DNA of 64,000 bases from Microthyrium microscopicum (taxonomy: Eukaryota), in contig MU004231.1 of assembly GCA_010405405.1 (NCBI GenBank), positions 4,400,689-4,464,688 of the forward strand, read 5' to 3'. A program made the position numbers and the translations under genes. The first letter of the stretch is position 1; every line of letters begins with the position of its first letter. Below the pieces are notes generated by a model. That model worked only from the letters and a program-made list of their open reading frames with translations, was not told the DNA's origin and searched no databases. Below are positions 54,594-64,000 of this stretch, piece by piece.

Positions 54594-57107
54594 ATGGCTG
54601 CCCCCGTGGCCCCGCAATTATATCGCCAGGCATCTTCAGCCTCCAATGGATCTGGCCTGCGAACGAATGGACAGAGAAACTTTGGAGATCAGGATGGCTC
54701 GCCCCAAGCTCTATCACAAAGAGGTTCCGCCCGGTCATCAATCGTGACTCCCGCGCCCTACGATGGCCCGCACCTTCGATCGCAATACCCTGCCAACTCG
54801 ACAGAGAATCATGTCGAGTATATCCTAGTGGCATCTTTCGATATCGACCGTGGTTCGATCATGGAGCATCAATACCCTGGGCCCATTTCTGGAGATGAGA
54901 ATATGCTAGCAGAGCTCATGTTGCCAGATCAGGCACATGTAAGAAGTATGGACTGGACTATCTTCTTCCTTCACAAGGATACGACCGCTGAGGAGGAAGC
55001 AAGAGAGGAAAGAAAACGCGTTAGAAAGATTAAGAAACGGCGGCGTGAGTTGGAAAAGGCTGGCGAGCCAATACCCGACGACGAAGATCTTGACCTCGAA
55101 GGTCTGGATCTTGGAGACGATGATGATGAAGATATGTACTCGGAGTCTACTGCAGATGATTCCGAAGGGCCTCCATTGATATATGTTCTCAACCTTGTGA
55201 ATACAAAGCAAGATCAAACGGTGAAGAGGCGAGTTCTCATCATCATATCACAATCTTCGCTAACGAGAACAGAGGTGCTATTGTCAAAGCGATGGCAATA
55301 TGTACGAGGCATTCATTCCTCCACATATACAAAGTAAGAATGACTATCAAAATGTGTTTTCTCTCACTAATCAGATCAGCCGTTATTACTTCTTGCGCTT
55401 GAAGAATATTTCAGAGCGCCGGTGGTAGAAACATTAGCATCTCTATACAACGCCGTCAACTCCATGGACTTGTCGCTAATGCCTCGACTTTCAAGCCTTG
55501 AAAGAAACATATTACAGACGAGCGATGTCAAAGACATGTTTGTAGAGAAATTCTCTGTTATGATTCAGCAAAAGATGGCAGATGATGAGCATCGACTCTC
55601 GCAGAACTCTGTGCCCTCGTCCACGGATTCACCAACTCCTAAAGGCAAATATCAACCACCAAGAGATACACACGAATTTGAGTCTCGTGTGCAGTATAAT
55701 GGGGTGCCGGTACCTATCAAAGTGCCAGTCGCTATTACCCCTGAAACTGTTGGCGACTTTTCTCTAGTAAAGCTTATATCGACATTTGCAACACCACACG
55801 CTTCTTCTCCACAACCATTTACTATTCATCCTCACTTGACCACATCAGGGCCATATACTCATCCAATAATTGTTTTGATCAATGCCCTTCTCACCCAGAA
55901 GCGTATCATATTTCTTGGTCACAATCAGCCCTCCGGAAGCGTTGCTGAAGCGGTACTAGCAGCTTGTGCTCTAGCGTCGGGTGGTATATTAAAGGGGTTT
56001 ACACGACATGCGTTCCCTTACACAGATCTCACTAAAATCGATGATCTTCTCAAAGTTCCAGGCTTTATTGCTGGTGTCACAAATCCAGCATTTGCCCACA
56101 AACCCGAATGGTGGGATGTGCTCTGCGATTTGCCGACTGGCCGGATGAAAATCAGTCCCAAAATTGAAGGCGCACCTGTCACAGAAGGATTACTGTTCTT
56201 CCAACAAAATGGACACGGAGCACATATTGCAAAAGAACATTCGGTACTGAACGGAGATAGCAAAAGCCATCCATCGAATGATCCTACTGGTGACACTGTT
56301 TTCATGGATTCAGTAATGAACTCCATTTCAAATCGTCATGGAGAACCGGCTGTGCGAAACAAGTTTAGAGCTTGGGTCCATCGTTTTACACTAATCGCGG
56401 CCGCTTTTGAGGAAGTCGTTTATGGTGCCTCTGCTCTCAATATCGGTGCTGCGGAAACAGATGAAGACATGTACAACTACGGGGTTGGTGGTCACGGCCT
56501 GGTCTGGGCAGACGAACCCACACGGATGCGAGAGATACAGGCGAATGTCGGAAGAGTTGAAGGTTGGCGCCAAACTCGCTCATATTACTCTCTCATTCGC
56601 GATCTGGCTAGAACGTGGGAAAAAGGAGAATGTGTTAGGGGAATCGACGTGGGCTATCAGGTCGACCGCCTCAGAACATTGCGCGTTGGTGATGCCGGCG
56701 CTGCGGATATCTACATGGCTTTAGCCAGAGCCGTGGAACGTGCAGGCGTTGATTTTGACGACCCAGATTATGAAAACCCCCTGGACCCTGACGACCCGGA
56801 TAGTGAAGATTGGCAACTAGACCCGGAAACAGAGGTGAGGCTACTCAAACGGGAGAAGGCTCGTCATGAAGTCATCAATCAATTGCTCTGTGTCATGCCT
56901 GAGAATAACGGTGGCTTGTTCTATATAGGGCTGGGCCTGTTCCACAAAGACGTGGCAGTCAGACAGGCAATTGTTGGCCTCCTTGAGCGGATCAATGCCC
57001 ATGAAGCCGGTAGGCATTTCTGGGCCCAACTTGGAAGATTTGCGAAATTGGCTTTCTTTCGAGTTAAACGCGACGGCGAAAATCCTCAGAATAGAGCATC
57101 TGGTTGA
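54594..57107 (+). CDS. mesA: MesA/Afi1 polarity-axis stabilisation protein (3 exons)
   Basis: '[23 protein letters not shown]','[21 protein letters not shown]','[15 protein letters not shown]','[31 protein letters not shown]','RHAFPYTDL'. Introns at 55229-55272 (GC-AG) and 55334-55378. Confidence 0.9.
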
Positions 57108-57674
57108 AACAAATGGAGCGGCAATTCTATGCAATTATCCGGACACACAATAGCGGCAATCCGTGCTTTGACGGATTTGTCCATAATCTGGCCCTGTAGA
57201 TGAGCCTCAATCTATTCTAGCGTGAGAACAATGCGTAGATCATCTCATTGCAAAGGAGTTTCTCTTCTCTCGGCCTACTACTCTGCAAAATCAGACTTGG
57301 CCAGAAGCAGCTGTCTGGAACAACACCCGAGACGAAATATAGGTTGGCTCAACCAATGTAAGATTACAGTATTACCATACTCTATTTTGTTGCGATGCTA
57401 ATATTTGATTAACTCTGCAGATCACCTATAATACATACTATTCGAAATCAAGTCTCCCAGAATACCTTGATTTGCATAGAACTATCTAAACAACGACTGG
57501 CATGCAATGGCCAAGTCGTCAAATGAATCCAAATTTTGTACAGTTCGCTAAACACTTCCGGTACTTTCTTGCTCATCTTTCAGATGAATGGCAGATGTAC
57601 ACGGTTAATGTAATGCTCTCCTTCAACTCTTGAGCACATCATCTTCTCCCATCGCTTGCCAATGCATTCGTCGT

Positions 57675-59005
57675 TTACTTTGGGCAAGGTCCGTTACCAT
57701 CGTGGTTCACGTTTGTGGGGCAAGCATCTGGGCACGTTAGAATTGGCGCCAGCTTCATCGCTTGAGCAGCGGCTGATGGTCCGCTGATATGCTATTTGAT
57801 AATGCTTCATCACAATAACAATTCAGAAGATAGCAGGCTATGCCAGCGCTGATGACAATCGTGTATAAGATGTCTTACCATGACGTTTTTGGACCATTGC
57901 CTTTGGTGGGGGATGGTCATCGCCATCTGGGCCATGAGCAGCTCTTTTCGCAATCATGACGCAAGGACCATTACCATCGCTGCAGGAGGATTAGTTAGAG
58001 TATGTCCCAACACTGATCGCAATGGAAGTTGTCAAGCTGCCATGCTGCCAAGCTATTCTGTCTCTTTTGCAGAACAACAATGTAGCATGTCGCAAAAACC
58101 AGCGGGATGAGAACTTACTGTCTCTTCATGTTCGTGGGGCAAGCATCATGTCTCTTCATAATCTGGACGCAAGGCCTAGCACGTTGTCAGAATAAGATCA
58201 TGAGAAGGAATGACACAAGTTGACAAGCTTTGGGGAAACAAGGCAAATGTTACCAAATTGACACGCGCTGGGAAGACCAGGCGGCCAACTCGATACCATA
58301 ACTTGCTGAAAAATCATCCCAAAGTGTTTTGGTATGAGGAGACTTACCCATTACCGTCGTGACGCTTCATGTTTGTGGGGCATGCGTCGTGGCGCTTCAT
58401 GACCTGGACGCAAGGCCTAGCACATCGATTAGCAAAGATTCGCCAATGTTCACTGATAAAGTATTGTTGGAAACCAACACGCAAGAAAATGATGTTTTTT
58501 TCCTCCCGGTACGAGATCTCTCACATGTTGCAGTAGCCATAGAAGTTTCATGGGAGCCGCAACATGCTACAACATATATCAAAAGAAGATAAACTTACCC
58601 ATTACCGTCGTGACGCTTCATGTTTGTCGGGCATGCATCGTGACGCCTTGTTAGGGGCACGATATGGGGGCAAGGCCTGGCGGATCCGTTAGCAAAGGTT
58701 TACCAATGTTTACGCAAAGTTCTTCGTTGACAAATGTTCACCGACAAGTGTTGTGTTGCTGCAAGTCAGAATGCAAAGAGAAGACTATTTCTTCCTCTCA
58801 GCAAGACTGTTGCGCTCATAGCGATCACAAAGTGTTGTGAAAGCCGCAAGATGCCATGGTATCGGGACAAGAAGTTCTTGTACGGGGAGACTCACCCATT
58901 GCCATCGTGACGCTTCATGTTTGTTGGGCATGCATCATGAGGAGCGGGAGCGGCGAAGCTGCCAGCAGCGAGAACGAAGAGGACGACTTTTTGGAAGGTG
59001 TACAT
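57675..59005 (-). CDS. Secreted Kex2-processed repeat protein (KEP / peptide precursor), 155 aa, 6 exons: 59005-58896, 58676-58599, 58416-58348, 58175-58119, 57979-57879, 57727-57675
   Basis: All five introns have GT(A/G)AG donors, CTRAY branch sites and YAG acceptors. The spliced CDS is 468 nt with no internal stop: MYTFQKVVLFVLAAGSFAAPAPHDACPTNMKRHDGNGPCPHIVPLTRRHDACPTNMKRHDGNGPCVQVMKRHDACPTNMKRHDGNGPCVQIMKRHDACPTNMKRHDGNGPCVMIAKRAAHGPDGDDHPPPKAMVQKRHDACPTNVNHDGNGPCPK. Repeats differ mostly at synonymous positions. Confidence 0.92.
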
Positions 59006-62000
59006 TTTGGCTGATGTTTGTTGAATAGTTGTATGTTTGGTGAGAGAATGAACGTATGAGTAGGTCTACTAATGAATGAAAACCTTGATTCTTGGTGACT
59101 TGAGCATCGACCATTAGAAGGCGAGGTATGTGGTCTTATAAGTTAGCTCTTCGCGCCTTGGACTTTCCGTCTCGCGCTTTCGATTAATCTACGGACGTAC
59201 CCCGACTATGACACTAGCATGGTTTGATTTCATCGATTTGCCTTAATTCGTTAACATATAACTGGAGATGACGGCACCAAGAATTTAGGATTGATTAAAG
59301 CTTGGAGAAGAGTACGTCGTGGCGTGAGCTTGTTAAGGTATGCGATGGCCATAACGGTCTATGTGACAGGGTTCTTTCTAGGATATCCTAAGAAAAACTT
59401 TCATTTATACGCTCGCTTTGACGACGGGACCGGCTGTCACTGCGCTCGAAAGCTGAACTAGGTATGATAACAGAATCAACCTATGGTATGATTTGCCCCA
59501 ATATGTATCCTGCATAGTGAAAATTGCTCAAAAGCATACGCGTAAGGGAAAAACCTATTTCATCTTTCCACTGGATCTAATCCAAAGTTTATCCTTCATC
59601 TTGCAATACTTAGTAACTGTTTGTTGAAAAGGCTCAACTGATGAAGGGTGAGAGAAGAGTTTTCTCAGTGACTGCTGAATCAATAATATTTCCGTGTAGT
59701 TGATTGGGCTTGAAACATCTTGAAACATTCCAGAGCATACAGCTCGACGCGAAAGCAATATTAGAACCTGGGGTTCATACGCAGTACCCACAAAACCCAA
59801 ACTGGTTGTAGATAACAGGGTTAGCGTTTTAATCAACTTCAATCTTTCGTCTAAGCGTGAAGTTAATATACGATCTTCAAATAATGCTTTGACAATAACT
59901 CAGCAGTTAAGATACAGGGTTTGATTCTCTGACGGCAGTTTGAAAGGCATCAATAACAACCTCCTGGACACCGTACCTGGTTACTATAGCTTTGGTCAGG
60001 TACACGCAACAGGGACCAGAAACCTTTTATTTTGAGGTATTTGTACTTGAGACGGTTTACCTAGAATTAAATGCAGCTCTTCAATGATATTGATCAAGGA
60101 TCGAGTAATTAAGATATTCGTGCCTAAACCTATTCATCAAAACGTATGTTGGAAATACCTGCTTGTTTACGGCCTCAACTCTTGTCGTAAACCCACAGAG
60201 CTAGGTACATTATAGATGTTTATGGGTAGCCACTATGATCTAAAAGGAAATGATAGAAAACCAATGGTCTCTTGCGTCTTTCTGCACCCACAAAACTGCA
60301 GTGTGTCCTTGTGGCAAAGCCGCAATAACGCACGAAGTGGGCATAAATTATTTTGAGATCGCCACTTGAACGGGACACATGTAGATGCAGACTATGTCGC
60401 CAGCAATCCCTTGGAAGGGGGCGAAGTTGTATTCAAATAGCCTGAATAGACATCGTGGCGACAAACGTGGGAGATCTACGTTGCTAGCGAGCAGTCCCAA
60501 AACTCGGAAGACATGTGATATCTATTAAGGACTTGCCATGACCGAGATTCTTTAGATTTATCATTAGGCGCTAGTGTATGGCGCAAAGACCTCGCCACGC
60601 GTAAATGAAAATCTGGGGAACAATATAGGCCGCTTCGCCCTTCAAACTAGCCGAAACCACTGCTTGCAAAAATCTAGGAACCTCATCGTACGTGATGATT
60701 CACTTGGTCCAATAGACGTCAATGCTAGCTATAGCCCCACAATCTAGTCCGTATTGGCCTTGAGACTGGCGATTCCATGGCTTTGGAAACACCAAGTTCA
60801 CAACGTACGAATGATATCCCAGATATTCGGGCTCAAGTTTCCAGCCACGTGCTTATGGCTATCGTATTCGTGACAGATGAACAAAGTATGCGTGCGTATT
60901 ATTCACGCTCGATGAAATCAACAAGATCACGTAGCTGCTGCCTCTTGCATTGTCCTGGCCCCTCGAAGGGCAATATGGGCAAAAGCTTATACTCGACTAG
61001 AACTCAGGGCACGATGTCTAGTGCCACCAGTCAATGAGCATAATTGAACTGTATACTGCATTTGATAAGCGCATATCATGCACAAAGATCTAAACTTAGT
61101 CACGGGCACGAGATTCCAGACCGCCATAACAGGGGTTCATTATGGCCACACAAGGGGTAATTTGACAGCTATATTATGGTCTGTCCTGCCTTCGAATCCC
61201 CGGTATTATTCTTTCGTATCTATCGAAGATGGTGTTGTCAAAATATTCATGATCCTATCAGATCAAAGGGTCGTAAATATGCATTAGTGAATAGGCCATG
61301 GACTTTACCAACCTTGCAATGCGCTGAGTTACAATATAAAGTCCAGACTTTATGCTCATACTTATATGCCTTACAGTCACTGAAGAGTCAGGCGGCTGTG
61401 TTAGTAGGGAAATATACAGCTATCATATAACCAATCAGACTCGGTTGCGTAGGCTCCAATCTATCGCATTTCTCCTGGCATTTCTGGAGCGCAGGAGTAT
61501 GTATTGGTGATGGGTTGGATCATGAAACCACCTCCAAATCTCAAGTTCAGCCTGTCCTGATGGCAAACCTGAATCATTTTCGCTGCTTTGCAAATGAAAT
61601 AATTATAAACTTTCCTGGTTCGCAATAGAAGCAAAAGATCTTGCTTATCTATTCACAGTTTTCGAATGTTCTCTTCAGGTCGTGATTAGTGGCTATCAAT
61701 CAGTGAGCTCGCATTTATTGTTTACGACTCTCCACTTAAGAGATCTAGGTCACGAAAAGAAAGGGTTATGATAGGATAGAGTGTAATATTCATCCTATAA
61801 GGCTATAACTGAAGACAAGAAAAACTATTTCCTCTCTGGTAGAGCCTCCAGTCCTCCTCAGTTCGGCCACGAGCACCTCAAGGTCGGCTAGTGCACCACA
61901 ATATTGACATAATGCACATAGTCGATTGAGGATTTCCTCATCCCGACATCTTGAGGAAAGCATGCGATTGACTTCGATTTCAGCTGCTAGGTGTAGCATG

Positions 62001-63929
62001 CTGAGATCGCCGTGAATGGAAGTCTCGTACTGGTTTTGGCACATCACGAATGCTTAATGCTGTGCAATTGGCTGATTGGTTTGTCGTGGAAACTTCCCCG
62101 GCTTTGCCAATTAGTCAAGGTTCAACATGGATTTGAAAATCTACAGACATGACGATCAGCTTACATACCTCACAAAATAGAGACTTCACCCACTTTGCCA
62201 AGTGACCTTTTCGGGTATCTGTAGATATGTGCTTACAAGAGAGATGATAGCTTTTAGTGACTGAACTCCTAGAGGTAGAAGGTGCTTAAGTCTCTGAGTA
62301 CTACATTTTGTAGGATATACCATTGAAGATTTCAAATACGTGAAATGGTCAGTAAGTGAGAAGGTGTACATAAGTGTATAGTAGTTACTTGTTGTTTACG
62401 ACATGTATGGTTATCGCGACCACTAACATGACTTTGCTGCACTGCCATTCTTTTGTTATGATGAAAAAAATAGACCAGTAGCTGATGTCTGTCTAACAAG
62501 TCATTTTCTGAGCGCGCCTCGGAGAACCATTGGAAAAATATTAAGCATTGACTGTTTTCCAATATTCTCATGATTTGGCACTCGTAAGGCAGGCTAAAAG
62601 TCATCAGTTACTTCTGGATCAAGCTCCCACCTCACACTCTGGAATTACCATTGGCTTGGTGAATTGAGCAACACCACAGAGCCGCTTTATTTACAAAAAT
62701 CCGATGTGCCCGTGAAGAGGGAAGAGGAAGCGTGGTAGTCCACTATACAAGGCTGAGCTAGCATATGATTGGCTGAACTAATCTAGCTCCCTTAGTTCCC
62801 ACATTACTCTAATTCTAAGATTGCAGTAGCCTTTTTTCCGGTATATACTCCGTGATTGTTTTTGATCCGCATAAGATCCTCTATGACCTTTCTAGAAGTC
62901 ATAAAGAGGAAGAGCAGACTGGCTTACTTCTGGGTAACCTTCTGACTCCTGAGAAACGACTTTTGAACTTGTAGCAGCGCTGTCGTGGGCGAACTGGGTC
63001 TGGAACTCCTACAGCCTCGCCGGCACGACCAGCTTCCGTACTAGACTAGTTCGATACGCTACTACAAATACATAATTGGTCCTTTATACCATCATTCCTC
63101 ACGATCGTACATTATTGAATTGTCAAGACATATCTCCGATCACTCAAATTTCTGAGAAAAACTATGTTTACTCGCTGTGTCATAAGTGACGTACGCTCGT
63201 TGGCAAGAGTTAAACATTCCCGATGTTTCAGTGTATCCGAATGAAAAGTGGAGGCCGTGAAACGCGCAGGTCAGATTCGTTCTTATTTTTAGCCGCCACC
63301 ACGCCAGTTCGGGAAGTGGCCTTAACTTTGTTTCCGCATCAGATGGTTGTTGTTTTTCTCACGGAACTTGCCTTCCGTAATTGTTCGTTGTTATCGCAGC
63401 TAGATGTCATAGAACAGTAATATGTTACACATAATTGGCTAATGGATGTTGAATTACAGACAGGTCACGAAACCCTACAACAACACTAGTATTGCAAAAG
63501 TACCTAGGTATTGATTGCCGTTACGCGTAGCGATTGATGTTCTGCAGATGCTGAGGTAAGTTTGTAGAAAACAAGTGGAGTTATGTCAGATTTCTATTTT
63601 ACGAAGCAATGCGATTCGGTAACTTCCGTGCCTGGTCCTTGCATATGGCAGGATGGGGAAGGTTATGACGGGTTTTGGTTGTTGAAATCGCTTCGGGTGT
63701 TGCTCAGGGGCATCTTGGAATGGAAAGGATGTGATACTCAGCCACCTACGATTCATTGGTGAGACAAACATCACCCTATTTTCTGACCGAATCCAGTATT
63801 TGAAAAGAGCTTAAAGCTGCTTGTCTGCTGATATTGTTTCGGCGTTTCTGTTTTCGTATAAAATCTGCTCAAATCATCTCATTATATTCCCTAACTCTAA
63901 ACCTTTAAACTTGAGCTTATATCAACATC

Positions 63930-64000
63930 ATGGTTTCTTCAAAGATCTTTGCCGCTGCCGCGCTTGCGAGTATCGCGTCTGCCATTGACCATCAGGTCAA
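63930..64000 (+). CDS. 5' end of a secreted protein (truncated by window edge)
   Basis: catcATG context and TATAAAA at ~63857. It translates to MVSSKIFAAAALASIASA-IDHQV, a clear signal peptide. Confidence 0.65.
   Translation, partial: MVSSKIFAAAALASIASAIDHQV

Noticed and set aside
57690..58930. Regularly spaced ~35-bp repeats with unique spacers, superficially CRISPR-like
   Set aside because: Eukaryotic context, no cas genes, and spacers of 140-220 nt bounded by splice signals. The repeats are exons of the peptide precursor.
57675..59005. Precursor as alpha-type mating pheromone (ppg1) or ustiloxin-type dikaritin
   Set aside because: Ascomycete alpha-type pheromones typically have two Cys within one repeat with aromatic residues (WC..GQPC-like) and XA/XP spacers on each repeat. 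Dikaritin cores have Tyr/Trp with acidic spacers. Neither pattern fits well, although the GxPC of the B peptide and the fused last unit mean distant pheromone kinship cannot be excluded.
62878..62910. Imperfect inverted repeat cctct-atgac..tctaga..gtcat-agagg
   Set aside because: Short, imperfect and single-copy, so compatible with chance.

Overview
Filamentous ascomycete (Pezizomycotina-type) genomic DNA with short spliceosomal introns. Bases 1-~6200 are an AT-rich, RIP-mutated block: the 3' part of a Gypsy/chromovirus element (integrase, chromodomain, PPT, LTR) apparently nested in a Copia element (RT, RNase H, PPT, LTR). The gene-dense remainder holds an uncharacterised coiled-coil protein, an aldo-keto reductase, a ~4,500-aa ferrichrome-family siderophore NRPS, an orphan gene, lunapark, a GRIP golgin, an SRPK kinase, a C2-domain Inn1/Fic1-like protein, an uncharacterised protein, an MFS transporter, ferroportin, an AAA ATPase, a secreted GH114, a myosin regulatory light chain and MesA/Afi1. 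Two things stand out. (1) A six-exon gene at 57675-59005 (-), missed by the ORF track, encodes a 155-aa secreted Kex2-processed repeat precursor. It is predicted to release alternating His-Asp-initiated, single-Cys peptides (HDACPTNM and HDGNGPCxxxx). (2) The NRPS has only two adenylation domains, in a symmetric (A-T-C-T-C-T-C)x2 layout. All gene models were spliced by hand and no database searches were run.
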